From Chiloscyllium plagiosum (Eukaryota): DNA of 41,444 nucleotides. Each line of letters opens with the position of its first letter. The first letter of the stretch is position 1. Position numbers and translations under genes: made by a program. Shown here piece after piece: positions 11,326 through 24,082 of the stretch. The stretch spans positions 28,052,932-28,094,375 of the forward strand of contig NC_057720.1 of assembly GCF_004010195.1 (NCBI RefSeq), given 5' to 3'. The notes under the pieces were generated by a model. It ran no database searches, had not been told where the DNA came from, and was given only the letters and a program-made list of their open reading frames with translations.

Positions 11326-11508
11326 TAATGAATAGCTGTGTAGTTTTCTAGTGAGGGGATAGCATAACTGTGGTTGGTTAGTTTATGATATATTTCAAAC
11401 TAATGAGTTTGCACTATATAGAGTGTCAGAATCATATCTGTAATACGAGTACTTGTATATCATACTTGTTAGAAAGTTCTGAAAATGTAATTTGTGGGTA
11501 ACTCTTAG

Positions 11509-11616
11509 GGAACTGGAGAATCCAGTGGTGGACAACAGAAGAGATGGCTGTACCAATGCTGATACCCACAAAGACAGACTTTTTATTCCTTCCCAAACCA
11601 CATTGGGCTACATTCG
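11509..11616 (+). CDS. Candidate internal coding exon of an unidentified host gene
   Basis: 108 nt in non-repeat DNA, with a CTTAG acceptor (weak pyrimidine tract) and a strong CG|GTAAGT donor. The phase 2-2 frame reads ELENPVVDNRRDGCTNADTHKDRLFIPSQTTLGYIR. A second, Trp-rich frame is also open. Confidence 0.55.
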
Positions 11617-12147
11617 GTAAGTGCAGAAATTGAGGGATTCTCGTCGTGGCCCCACAAATGCCAGATTACTGATCATAAAGATACTGGACATGTGCAATAC
11701 TTCTCATTCATGTAGGAGATAAGTTTACTCGACACTGCGTTAATTAATATTAAGGATATTTATTGAGAATGCGCACAATTTGCATGTATAACCCTAATGA
11801 ACTTTTTATCAATTGGTTTTGTAGCTTTACAAGGAATAAAACTCTTAACATATGAAATGCCTTGTGAATTTGCATTTTAGAGCAGAGATGCAATCCAAAC
11901 ATTTAAGTTAGGGCAACATAAAGAATTTTCTGTTACACGCGTTTAGTTTGTCGTCTGGAGGACTGGGATGAAGTTGACTTTATGTTCGATTGTGCTGTCA
12001 ACCTGTGGTTGAATAACCTGTACCTTTTGCATCAACTGAGTCATTCAGGGCAGTTTTTGACAATTTTGTACAAGTACATTTAACATCCCAGAGTGACATT
12101 GATGCTGTTAAAGGAATTTGATATAGTGGGTTCAGTTCCACTTCAGA

Positions 12148-13730
12148 TGAAAATGAGGACTGCAGATGCTGGAGATTAGAGTTGAGAGTGTGGTGCTGGT
12201 AAAGCATAGCAGGTCAGGGTGGGTCGGTAAGGGGAAGTCAGCTGGGAATCCACTCAGTGGATTGAGGTGGGGTAATGGTGATAGGTCTGTAGGGAGGGTG
12301 GAGTGGATAGGTAGGAAGGAAGATGGACAGGTAGGGCAGATCATGAGGGCGGTGCTGAGCTGGAAGTTTGAAACAGGGATAAGGTAGGAGGAGGGGAAAT
12401 GAGGAAATTGGTGAAATCCACATTGATGCCATAGGGTTGGAGGGTCTCGAGGTGGAAGATGAGGCATTCTTCCTCCAGGCATTAGGCGATGGAGGAGGCC
12501 CAGGACCTGCATGTCCTTGGTGGAGTGGGAGGGGGAGTTGAAGTGTTCGGCGATAGGGTGGTGGAGTTGGTTGGTGCAGGTGTCCCGGAGATGTTCTCTG
12601 AAGCGCTCTGCGAGGAGGTGTCCTGTCTCCCTAATGTGGAGGAGACCGCATCGGGAGCAACGGCTACAGTAAGTGAAGTGTGGAAGTGCAGGTGAAACTT
12701 TGATGGGTGTAGAAGGCTCTTTTAGGTCCTTGGACGGAGGTGAGGGGGAAGGGGTGGGCGCAGGTTTTGCAATTCCTGCGGTGGCAGGAGAAGGTAGGGA
12801 GGGTGGGTTGTTGGGGGAGGGGGGGCATGGATCTGACAAGGTAGTCACGGATGGAACGGTCTTTACAGAAAGCGGATAGAGGTGGGGAGGGCAATATATC
12901 TGTGGTGGTAGGGTCCGTTTGTAAGTGGCAGAAATGTTGGTGGATGATGCAATACATACAGAAGTTGGTGGGATGGAAGTTGAGGACCAGGAGGGTTCTG
13001 TTCATGGTGTGGTTGGAGGTGTGGGGTTTGAGGATGGAGGTACGGGACATGATGAGATGCGCTGGAGGGCATCTTCAACTGCGTGGATGGGGAGATTGCG
13101 GTCTTTAAAGAAGGAGGCCATCTAGTGTGTTCCGTGTGGAACTGGCCCTCATGGGAGCAGATGCAGGGGAGATGGAGGAATTGGGAATAAGGGGTAACAT
13201 TTTTACAGGAGGCAGTGTGGGAGGAGGTGTAAATCAGGTAGCTGTGGGAATCGTTGGGTTTGTAGAAAATGTCAATGTTGTGTCGGTCACCGTTGATGGA
13301 GATGGAGAGGCCCAGGAAGGGGAGGGAGGTGTCTGAGATGGTCCAGGTGAACTTATAGTCTGGGTGGAATGTGTTGGTGAAGTTGATGAACTGTTCAACC
13401 TCTTCGTGCGAGTACAAGGTGGCGCCGATGCAGTCAATAATGTAGCGGAGGAAAAGGTGGGACATGGTGCTGGTGTAACTGCAGAAGATGGACTGTCCCA
13501 CGTAGCTGACAAAGAGACAGGCATAGCTGGGGCCCACGCGGGTGCGAATGGCTGCCCCTTTCGTCTGGAGGAAGTGGGAGGATTCAAAGGAGAAATTATT
13601 AAAGGTGAGGACCAGTTCAGCCAAACAAATTAGAGTGTCACTGGAAGGGTACTGGTGGAGACGTTGAGAGAGGAAGAAAGGGAGGGCTTGGAGGCCCTGG
13701 TCATGGCAGATGGAGGTGTTTAGAGACTGA
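12148..13730 (-). mobile_element. Penelope-like retroelement, 5'-truncated (RT + GIY-YIG)
   Basis: AELVLTFNNFSF..FLQTKG, RYIIDCIGA, DIFYKPNDSHSYL, CKTC, YCSRCSRCGLLHIRETG and AEHFN motifs. The pLTR tail is at 12150-12218, with the hammerhead segment missing. Confidence 0.9.
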
Positions 13731-13872
13731 CCCCAGAGGAGCCTTCCATGTCCATCAGAACATGGACAACAGATATTTTGGAAGTCTTAAAGACATGTCT
13801 TGAACTCCAAGTTGAATGTAAGTTATGAGTTGTGTGTGTTTGATATGACAGCCTAAGGTGAAAGAATCCATT

Positions 13873-15052
13873 AATGGATTAGATGTCATATACATGGACT
13901 TTGGTAAGGCATTTGATAAGGTTCCCCATGGTAGACTAATGGAGAAAGTGAAGTCACATGGTGTGCAGGGTGTTCCAACTAAGTGGATAACGAACTGGTT
14001 GATCAACAGCAGACAGAGAGTAGTAGTTGAAGGGAGTGTCTCGAAATGGAGAAATCCACAGGGATCAGTGCTGGGGCCACTGTTGTTTGTGTTCTACATA
14101 AATGATCTGGAAGAGGTATGATCAGCAAGTTTGCAGATGACACAAAGATTGGTGGGGTATCAAAAAGCACAGGGAACTGTCAAAGAATACAGGAAACTAT
14201 AGATAGACTGGAGAGTTGGGCGGAGAGATGGCAGATGGAGTTCAGTCCAAATGTGAGGTGATGCATTTTGTAAAATCTAACTCTAGAGCGAATTATACTG
14301 TAAATGGAAGAGCCTTGGGAAAAGTTGATGAGCAGAGAGATCTGGGCGTTCAGGACCATTGTACCCTGAAGGTTGCTGCACAGGTGGATAGAGTAGTCAA
14401 GAAAGCAAATGGTATGCTTGCCTTCATCGGACGGGGTATTGAGTACAAGAACTGGCAGGTCATGTTAAAATTGTACACGGCATTGGTTTGGCTACATTTA
14501 GAATACTGTGTACAGTTCTGGTCGCCACATTACCAAAAGAATATGTACGCTATGGAGTGGGTACAGAGAAGGTTTATGAGGATGTTGCCTGATATGGAAG
14601 GTGCTAGCTATGAAGAGAGGTTGAGTCAGTGAGGGTTGTTTTCATTAGAAAAAAGGAGATTAAGGGGGGAACCTGATTGAGGTCTACAAAATCATGAAGG
14701 TTATAGATAGGGTAGATAGAGATAAGCTTTTTCCCCAAGGCGAAGGATTCAATATCGAGAGGTTACGCTTTCAAGGTGAGAGGTGCAAGGTTTAAGTGAG
14801 ATACACGAGGCAAGTACTTTACACGGAGGGTGGTAGGTGCCTGGAATGCGTTGCCAGCAGAGGTAGGAGAGGCAGGCATGGTAGATTAATTTAAGATGCA
14901 TCTAGACAGATGCATGAGTAGGTGGGGAGTAGAGGGATACAGATGCTTAGAAATTGGGCGACAGGTTTAGACAGCAGATTTGGATTGGCTCAGGCTTGGA
15001 GGGCCGAAGGGCCTGTTCCTGGGCTGTAAATTTTCTTTGTTCTTTGTTCTTT
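13873..15052 (+). mobile_element. CR1 LINE, 5'-truncated, inserted in Gypsy gag
   Basis: DVIYMDFGKAFDKVPHGRL, PQGSVLGPLLF and SKFADDTK motifs; (TTCTTTG)n 3' terminus. Confidence 0.92.
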
Positions 15053-15939
15053 AAAATGTCTGCATGAAAATTACCTAATTCTGTGATTTTGAGCAACTAA
15101 AGATGATCTAATTAAAGACAGGATTTGTATTAGGGATATGAAGTCCTGCAGTGAGAACACTTAATGAGAAAGCTGAAACACATTCACAGGAAAGCATTTG
15201 ATGTGCGAAGTGCAGAAATTGCAAATCAGTAACTACAGCATAATCATGGAATGACAAATCAGGCTTTGTGTTAAGCTGAAAGACATTCCAGATTGATATG
15301 GCAAAAGTATCACGGACAAAGCTCAGGATGCAAACAATGCAGAGGACATCATGCAAAGGGAATAAAAGGGAAAGAACATTCTGACTGTGAGAAGCTAAGT
15401 TATTTTGCACACAAGTGTTTGTCTTGGAGGAGACCCAACAAGTAGCTGTAGATGGACTCCAAAGAGCGATCAGCTGAAGATTGTGACAAATCACGCTACA
15501 CCATGCAACAGGTCAACTCAGTTAGGCTGTGAGGTGACAAATGGTCTGTCAGTGTTGGAATAATGAGTGCAGGAGGAAAACACCAAGTTAACATAAAATG
15601 TCAGATGGATGCCAGCGTGTCATGCAATGTCATAACTTTCAGATCTGTGTGAGGTGGCTAAATGTGGTGATCTAAAAATGAAGCCTCAGAAGTAAGTTTG
15701 AGACTAAGTAATGGCACCATACTCATACTGAGGAAACAAATTACTCTAAGCCCAGTGCATTAATAAGTGAAAATATGGAGCAGGCAACAACTACGCATCT
15801 CAGCTAGAGCAAGCCAAAAACTTGGACTAGAAACCCTTAATATGCCAAAATAAATTTGTAGTGTGTCACAGAACACTGACTGTGGAAAACAATATATTTA
15901 CGGGCTTAGTATGTCTTCATGGTGAATATTGACTCGAAG

Positions 15940-16740
15940 TAGATAGATTCATTGATCTACAGCACAGAGCATAGCCTTTTGGCCCCTTGTGTCCACACTG
16001 TTGAAAAGCAACTACCTGTTATAACCCTATTTTCCAGTTCTTGATCTATAGCCTAATATACCTTGGCATCATAACTGTGTGTCGAAATACTTTTTAAATG
16101 TAATGAGGGTTTATGACTCTTGCAGGCAGTGAGTTCCAGACTCCCACCACCTGCTGGATGAAAATGTTTCTTTCTGTCTACCCTATCTAAGCCATTCATT
16201 ATTTTATACATCTCAGTTATGTCCCCTCTCACTCTCATCTTCTCAAAAGTTAACAACCCTAATCTCTCTGTCCAATCTCTCTCCATAACAAGCTCTCCAG
16301 CCAAGGTCCTGGTAAATCTCCTCTGCATGCTATCCAGTGCTATCATGTTCCTCCTATAATGTGGATTCCAGAACTGCACACAATACTGTAGCTGTGGCCT
16401 AATCACCATTTTATACAATTCTGACATAACCTCTATACTCTTAGTTTCAATGCCCTGACTAATAAAGGCAAGTATACCATATGCCTTCTTAACCATTTTA
16501 TCAACCTGTCCTGATACCTGAAGGAACCAGTACACATAGATACCAAGCTCCCTCTGATCCTCGATGCATCCCAGGGTATTCCCTTGCCTTGTTGTCCTGC
16601 CCAAGTGCATTACCTCACGTTTATCCAGATTGAATTCCATTTGTGACCGATCAGCACATCTGACAATCCCATTTACGTCTTCTTTAGTCTGAGGCTATGT
16701 TCCTCACTATTTATCACCTCAACAATTTTTAAAACATTTG
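15940..16740 (-). mobile_element. CR1 LINE 3' fragment
   Basis: MEFNLDKREVMHLG..RPQLQYCVQFWNPHY..RGDITEMYKIM. Confidence 0.88.
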
Positions 16741-19700
16741 AAATAGATATGTGTCTAAGATCAATGCAGCATCCGCTGAGGCAAGTTCCAGCTGTTCTTA
16801 ACGTCAGCCTGAAAGTCCACAAAGAAGAACTGAAAAAGAAGAGAGAGACCAAGAAAGTGTTAACTGTTGGAATTTGCAGCATGATAGCATTGAAACAAAA
16901 CTTTAGCAATTGAGAGTATGAATCAATTCAAAAGATCCAAATAAATGTCTGAAGATATCTCACCATCCCATGCCAATCGTTGAAGGAACTTGACCATAAA
17001 CAAGAGGATATATTGAGGCACAGGATGGGGGCCCAGCACTTCAGTTTCTACATAACGACGAGAGAATGTATTGAGACTCAGGATCCCAGTCCCAGAAACA
17101 AGAGGGGAGGCATAGTATTAACAGGCGCAGCTTCTGCTACTGCTGATTGGGAGAAAAAAAAACTAATGGCGACATTATGAGGAAGTGGTTCGTTTTTTTG
17201 TGCTTTTTTTAAAAGGGTGTTTTTCAGTAGAAGGGATTAACTGAAACGACAGGAATACATGAAAGTCAGGGCTGATATAAAAAAAAGTAAACAAAGTGCG
17301 GTAAAGGAATTACAGTAAAGTTAGTGTAAGGGAAGTAAGTTTAAGACTATATAGAATAACCAAAGGTCCTGGTCCAGATTGGTACCAGTGACTTTAGTAG
17401 GAAGGGGGATGAGGTCTTGCAGTCAGAATTTAGGAAGCTTGATAGAAAGTCAGGAAGCGGGATCTCACGTTTAATAATGTCAGTGCCATGTGCAAGCGAG
17501 TACAGAAATAGAAGGATAGGCAGATGAATGCGAGGCTGGAAAGATGGTGCAGGAGAACGAACTTTAGATTTCAAAGACATGGATCGACTCTGGGGAAGTT
17601 TACACCTGTGCAAGCCAGATGAGTTGCATAGCACAAAGCTGGGACTGAGTTCTTTGCGGGGTGTTTTGCTAGTGCTTTGGGAAGGCTTTAAAGTAACTTG
17701 GCAGAGATGTGGGAACCAAGGGAGAATAATAGAGGAGAAACTCAGGGTTCACAAAATACATGGCAAAGCAACTGGCAGTGACGTAGACAATGGCAGATTA
17801 GTAGTTGAAATCAGAGGAAGAAAGAAAAATCTTTTAAGTCCAGAACAGGATTATTGTGCATGCATGTGAACACCTGAAATATGGTAAATAAGGTTGTCAT
17901 AAGGAATTTTGATGTTGTGCTGATAACACAGACCTGGCTCAAGAAAGGGCAAGACTGAATGTTAAATATGTCTCGGTACAAAGTAATCAGAAAAGGCAGA
18001 AAAGGTGGGAAAGGTGGGAGGGGTAGCAGTATTGGTTAAGAAGAGCACTACATTGCTCGCAAAAGAGATGTCTCAGAGAGACCGAGCATAGAATCAATTT
18101 GGCTAGAGCTAAGGAACAAAATTACATTGTTAGGTATAGTCTATCGAATACCAACTAGTGAAAAGGATGCTGGAAAACAAATCTGCAGGGAAATTACAAA
18201 GAGATGCATGTTGTAGAGTAATTATAATGGGGCACTTCAGTTTCCCAAACACAGACTGAGATATTTGTAGAGTGAAAGGCAGGTGTTCTTGGATTGTGTA
18301 CAGGAGAGCTTCTTACAGCAGTATGTTTCCAGTCCAAGAAAAAAAGGTTGCATTGTTGGACCTGTGTCTTGGAAATGAGTTGGACTAAATAGACCCCATG
18401 TCATATGGGGAACATTTAGGAGACAGTGATCATGGTATCATAATGTTCAGGATGATGCTGAAGAAGATGTGTAACAATGCAGAGTCAGAAAAATCAACTG
18501 ATGGAGCGCATATTTCAGTGGAGCATGAGCAAAGTTGGCCAGTATTGACTGGATTGGAAGGTTGGCTGAACAGTGATCCAACTTCAAAGAGGACATTTCT
18601 CAGGAACAGTCTAGGCATGTTCCCTCAAATGTGAAAGGTCGAACAAACAAATCTAGGGCTTCTTGGATGACAAAGGAGTTAGAAATTAAGGTTAAAGGTG
18701 AGCTTATGACAAGTGTCAGGCAGAAAATAAAATTGGGAACCAAGACAAATACAGAACATTTAGAAGTGGCAAAGCATATAAAAGCAGCAAAGAGAATTTA
18801 TGAGAACGACTTAGCAGCCAACATGAAGATGCTTTCTAGTTCTCCTAAGGTTACATAAATAGTAAAATTGTGATAAGAGGAGTTGAGCCGATTAGGGATC
18901 TACATCTGGTGACTAGGCATGTCCAGTATGTTAAATGACTACTTTGTGTTAGTCTTTACCAAAGAGAGAGATGTTGTCTAGGCCATGGCAACAATGGAGG
19001 AAACTTGGTCATTAGAAGTTTTTAAGTAGAAGTGTTGAATAGACTGTTGGTGCTTACATTTGACAAGGCATCAGGGCTGGATGAGATATAACCAAGAATT
19101 TTAACAAAGTGAGAGTGGAAATTGAAGGACCATGGGCTACAATCTTCCCTGGACTTGGGGAGGTGCCAGAAGATATAAAATTTGAAAATATTACCACCTT
19201 TTTCAAACAGGGAGTAAGGATAATCCCAGCAATTACAGTGGTGGGAAAATTTCTAGTGACAATTATTTGGGATGGAATTAGTTGTCAACATGGAAGAAGG
19301 TGAATTGATCAGGAAAAGTCAGACTGACTTTCTAAAAGGGAAATAATTTTTAATTTGTTGGGTTTTTTTTGGATAAGTAACAAAAGCTTGGTGAGACTAA
19401 CACTGTTCTGGAAGGCAGTTAATGCAATGCCACCCAACAGACATCAAGGCAAGTTGTAGATAATGGATCAAAAGGGTCAGTAGCAACACGGATACAAAAT
19501 TGACTGACTGTTAGGAACCAAAGACTAATAGTCAATGAATAATTTTCAAATTGGAAAAAGGTTTGCAATGGAATTCCCCAGGGTTTGGTATTGGGACCCT
19601 TGCTTTTCTCATACATCTGAATGATTTGGATCTTGATCTACAGGGAACAATTTCAAAGTTATAAGGTGACATTAAGCTTTGAAGAATTGTAAACTGTAAT

Positions 19701-21180
19701 AAGGATAGCCTATAGCTCCAGGAGGGGAGAATTTTGCAGGTAATGATCTTAGCTCGACTAGATTCAAGATTATTATGGCAAAGGTCAAGGATGGGTTAGA
19801 ATGGTCTGGGAGCAGATACTTTCTGTCTCGGGTAAATCTGACTCAGAAAAGTGAGATGCATTTAGGAATTACGTTTAACGAATGTTCCAATTAAAAAAAA
19901 AAGGGTGCCTGTGGACCCTGGATGTCAAGATATATTCAGTTAATTGAAAAAGGGAGCTTATGGCAGATATAAAACAGCAGAAGCCCGTGAGGAATGTAGA
20001 ATGTGCTAGAGGGAACTTAAGGTGACGATTATAAAAGCTATAAGGGGACATGCAAGGATTATGGCAAGTAAAATAAAGGAAAGCCCCAAGTTGCTTTACA
20101 GGTACATTGTGTCAAAGGATAATGAGGGTAAGAGTGGAGCCCATTAAGGACCACAGTGATAATGTGTGGAGCCAAAGGATGTGGGTAGGGCTCTAAATGA
20201 ATTTTTTTTGTCAGTGCTCACTAGTGAGAGCAACGATACTGGTATAAATATCACGAAGAAGATGTGATATGATTAAAGAAATTAGTGTAGACAGGAGGTT
20301 ATGAGTGGTCTGGCAGGCTTAAAAGTACATAAATGTCCAGAGATGGATGTATCTCAGGTTGTTGAGTGAAGCAAGGAAGGAAAGAGCAGGGGTGCTTGCA
20401 AAAATGTTCAATTCCTCTCTGGTCACAGGAGTGGTACTGGAAAACTAATGGATAGCCAGTGTGGTACTGTTTTTCAAGAAGGGAACAAATACTAAGGAAC
20501 TACAGGTCAGTCAGTCTCACCTGTTGGTGATGGGGAAACTATTTGAAGCAATTCTGAGGGACAGAGTTAATTTGTGTTTGGAGAGGCAGAGATTAATCAA
20601 GGACAGTGAGCATGCTTTTGTTAAGGGGAGGTTATGTTTGATCACCTTGATTGAATTTTTTTGAAGAGGTGACCAGGTGTATTAGTGAGGGCTGTGCTTT
20701 TGATATAGTCTATTTGGACTTCAGCAAGGCTTTAGATAAGGTCCTGCATGGGAGACTGATAGCAAAGATAAGAACCCATGGGATCTAAGGAAATTTGGCA
20801 AGTTGGATCCATAGATGGCTGAGTGGAAGGAAGCAGAGGATGATGGTCATGGGGTGTGGATGTACACTGGTCCCTTAAGGTATCAGGACAAGTGGATTAA
20901 CGGGTTAAGACAGCATGGTTTACTTGTCTTTATTATTCAAGGCATCAAGTATAAAAGCATGAGGTTATTGCAGAACTGCATAAAGCATTGGTTAGGCTAG
21001 CAAGAGTATTGTGCAGTTCTGGAATCTACATTATAGGAGGGATGTGATCATATTGGAGAGGGTGCAGAGGATGTCGTCTGGGCTGTAGACTTTGAGCTAT
21101 GAAGAGAGATTGGTTTGATTTTAATGTCATGTGTACTCAAGTACAGGAGTACTGTGAAATGTGTATAATGTTGCCACACA

Positions 21181-22008
21181 TTTAGGATATAGAGAAGCTG
21201 CAGAGCTGGGCAGAAAGGTGGCAGATGGAATTCAATGTAGCTAAGTGCGAGGTGATTCACTTTGGGAAGAATAACAAAAAGATGGGGTACTGGGCTAATG
21301 GTCGGATACTTGGTAGTGTGGATGAGCAGAGGGATCTTGGTGTCCATGTACACAGATCTCTGAAAGTTGCCACCCAGGTAAATAGTGCGGTGAGGAAGGC
21401 ATATGGCGTACTGGCTTTTATTGGTAGAGGAATTGAGTTCCGGAGTCCTGAGGTCATGATGCAGTTGTATAAGACTCTGGTACGGCCGCATCTGGAATAT
21501 TGTGTGCAGTTTTGGTCGCCATACTATAGGAAGGATGTGGAGGCATTGGAACGGGTGCAGAGGAGGTTTACCAGGATGTTGCCTGGTATGGAAGGAAAAT
21601 CGTATGAGGAAAGACTGAGGCACTTGGGGCTGTTTTCGCTAGAGAAAAGAAGGTTTAGGGGTGACTTGATTGAGGTGTACAAGATGATTAGGGGGTTAGA
21701 TAGGGTCGACAGTATGAACCTTTTCCCGCGTATTGAGTCGGGTATTACAAGGGGGCATAGCTTTAAATTAAGGGGGGGTAGATATAGGACTGATGTTAGG
21801 GGTAGGTTCTTCACTCAGCGAGTTGTTAGTTCATGGAATGCCCTGCCAGTAACAGTGGTGGACTCTCCCTCTTTATGGGCATTTAAGAGGGCATTGGATA
21901 GGTATATGGAGGATAGTGGGTTAGTGTAGTTTAGGTGGGCTTGGATCGGCGCAACATCGAGGGCCCAAGGGCCTGTACTGCGCTGTATTCTTCTATGTTC
22001 TATGTTCT
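21181..22008 (+). mobile_element. Young 5'-truncated CR1 with uninterrupted ORF2 C-terminus
   Basis: Open 234-aa frame 21225-21929 (MEFNVAKCEVIHFG...RPHLEYCVQFWSP...WNALP), retained CpGs and a (TTCTATG)n terminus. Confidence 0.95.
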
Positions 22009-22274
22009 ACAAGGCGCCATCTTGGGTACAAGTACCTAGATACAAAATCTTAAGAACAAGGTAGAAAAAAGGAACAAAGTTAGACATTAAAAGTTGCAGT
22101 AATTGTAGTATAGTGTAAATCATATGAAGTAAGGTTAAAACTTACACATTGCATACCTCAATTTTAAGTAGAAAATTAAGAAATAAAGCTACAAGTTCAA
22201 ACATTACAGTCTGACTTAAATGCTTAGACGTGGTGGGATCACACTTTGAGGAATCACCTCAAGACCGAAAGTCT

Positions 22275-22450
22275 ACACTGAGACCACGCCAGACCGATAG
22301 ACTGCCACGCTGGGCCACTGAGAGACCACCATGCTAGGCTAAAGGTCCACCACACCAGGCCGAAAGACCGCTGCGTCGGGCCAGGAATCCGCCATGCTGA
22401 GCTGAAGGGCTGCCATACCAGACTGGGAGGTCACCTCGCTGGGTCTAGAC
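22275..22450. repeat. Degenerate GC-rich minisatellite, about 21-22-bp unit, about 8 copies
   Basis: Units such as GACTGCCACGCTGGGCCACTGA, GACCACCATGCTAGGCTAAAG, GTCCACCACACCAGGCCGAAA and GACCGCTGCGTCGGGCCAGGA. Confidence 0.65.
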
Positions 22451-23355
22451 CGAGTCCGAGGCCAGGATTCTGTGGCTGGGAGAAGAAAGAAGAGAGAAGG
22501 GAAAAAAGCACAAAAGCGATGAAACAAAGAGAGAAAAAGAAAGAAATAGAAATGGATGGAGTAGGTGAGTTGTGTCTGAAGTGTCCTACTCTGCTGCTAT
22601 TGGGTGAATTTTGGATAGAGTTAGCTGAAATGAACTGGGCAGATAGATTAGCAGGAATGACAGTTAGCAAGCACATGCAGACATTTAAGGAGGAAATTTA
22701 TGACTCAGCAAAAATGCAGCCCGGTTAGGATGTATGATTCCAAGAGAGGTAGAAATCAATGATGGCTGAAAGGACAGGGTGGTGAAGAAGGCATTTAGCA
22801 CGCTAGCCTTCATTGGTCAGAACACTATGTATAGGAAATGGGATGACATGTTGCGACTGTACAGGACATTGGTAGAAACCTATCCCTTTGCTGGAGGGAT
22901 CAATGATCAGGGAAATGGATTTAAGGTAAGGTACAGAAGGCTTAGAGGAGATGTTAGGGGAAAAAACCTTTTTCACCCAGAGAATGGTGGGAATCTGGAA
23001 CTCACTGCTGGTAAGGATGGTAAAGACAGAAATCCTTATACATTAATGAAGAATTTAGATGCAAACCTACGATGCCAAGCCACGCAAGGTTAAGGGCCCA
23101 GTGCTGGAAATTGGGATTAGAGTAGATAGGTGGTTGTTTTTAAGCAGCATGGACATGATGGGCCAAAGGGCCTTTTTCTTTGCTGTATACCTTTATGACT
23201 GTATGACTGTGTATGGATAGACATGTTGGTGGCATGGGCAGATCAGTTTCATTGCAGAGAAGTGTGAAGCGATGCATTTTTGAAGGAAAAACATTGAAAG
23301 ACAATGTGAAATACGAATTACAATTCTCAGGAGGGTGCAGAAGAACTTGGGTGTA

Positions 23356-23803
23356 ATGAAACAAAGAACTGTGAATGCTGGAGATTTAAAACAAAAACCC
23401 GATTTGATGGAGAAACTCAGCATGTCTGGTAACATCTATGGCGAGAAAGCAGAGTTAATGTTTCATGTCCATGACCCTTCTTCAAAACTATTAGTAGCTG
23501 GGAAATCATTATATTTGTGCTAATGTGGGGTGGTGACATGTGTGGTTGCTGGAAGTAAAGGAAAGGAGTGAGTGAATGAATAAGTGGAGATGGAGCCCAG
23601 ACAGAGAAAAAATTATCCAAATAGCTCATTCCTGAGGAAGGGCTTTTGGCCGAAATGTTGACTCTCCTGCTCCTTGGATGTTGCCTGACCTGCTGTACTT
23701 TTCTAGCACCAAACTTTAGACTCTGATCTTCAGTATCTGCAGTCCCCACTTTCTCCTAGAGAGAAAAAGACAGTTGAGAAGACAAAGGGATGGCTGATTG
23801 GAT
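23356..23803 (-). mobile_element. Penelope-like 3' end with decayed hammerhead (23453-23489)
   Basis: The minus strand reads AGTT-TTGAAGA-AGGGTC-ATG-GACAT-GAAAC-ATT-AACT. It is flanked by an imperfect duplication, AACTTGGGTGTA / GACCTGGGTATA. Confidence 0.65.
23612..23759 (+). mobile_element. Solo Penelope pLTR with hammerhead motif, nested in another PLE end
   Basis: CTGAGGAAGGGCTTTTGGCCGAAATGTT at 23632-23659. AGAGAAAAA occurs at 23603-23611 and 23760-23768. Confidence 0.75.
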
Positions 23804-23939
23804 GGACCTGGGTATATGTGATGATTGCAGGTCAGGTAGAGAGAGAGCAGTAAAGCGTTTTGTCAGCTTTATTAAAAGTGTATAGAGTACAGAGCAAGAA
23901 GGTGATGTACAACAAACTTGTTACACCTCAGCTGGAAAT

Positions 23940-24082
23940 TGTTTTCTTCACACATGATGTGACCAAGCCAATGTCACTCAGCATTTATTGCCCTTCCGAA
24001 GTTGCCCTCAAGAAGCTGGTGGGGAGCTGTTGTTTTCGTTCTTTTGGTTGACTCACAATGCCATTACAGAGGCAATTCCAGT
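23940..24082 (-). mobile_element. 3' fragment of the Deu-partner LINE family
   Basis: CAGCATTTATTGCCC..GTTGCCCTCAAGAAGCTGGTGG, similar to 6690-6740. Confidence 0.55.

Larger units (their letters stand above)
21113..22572 (-). mobile_element. Probable non-autonomous LINE-derived element with internal minisatellite (core 21113-21180 and 22009 to about 22600)
   Basis: The minus strand ends ...GTACTTGAGTACACATGACATTAAAATCAAA, a LINE-like 3' tail. There is no convincing ORF, and it interrupts a CR1. The family (Rex1/Babar-like) is uncertain. Confidence 0.45.
19726..23212 (+). mobile_element. Second CR1 nested in the first (pieces 19726-21112 and about 22575-23212)
   Basis: VMGKLFEAILRDRV..HAFVKGRLCL and VYLDFSKALDKV motifs; ATGACTGTATGACTGT terminus at about 23195-23210. 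Confidence 0.7.

Noticed and set aside
11335..12147. 5' LTR of the fragmented Gypsy element
   Set aside because: I found no visible similarity to the putative 3' LTR at about 27220-27505 and no PBS.
22275..22450. Repeat array as CRISPR
   Set aside because: The units are contiguous and degenerate with no unique spacers, there are no cas genes, and the context is vertebrate.
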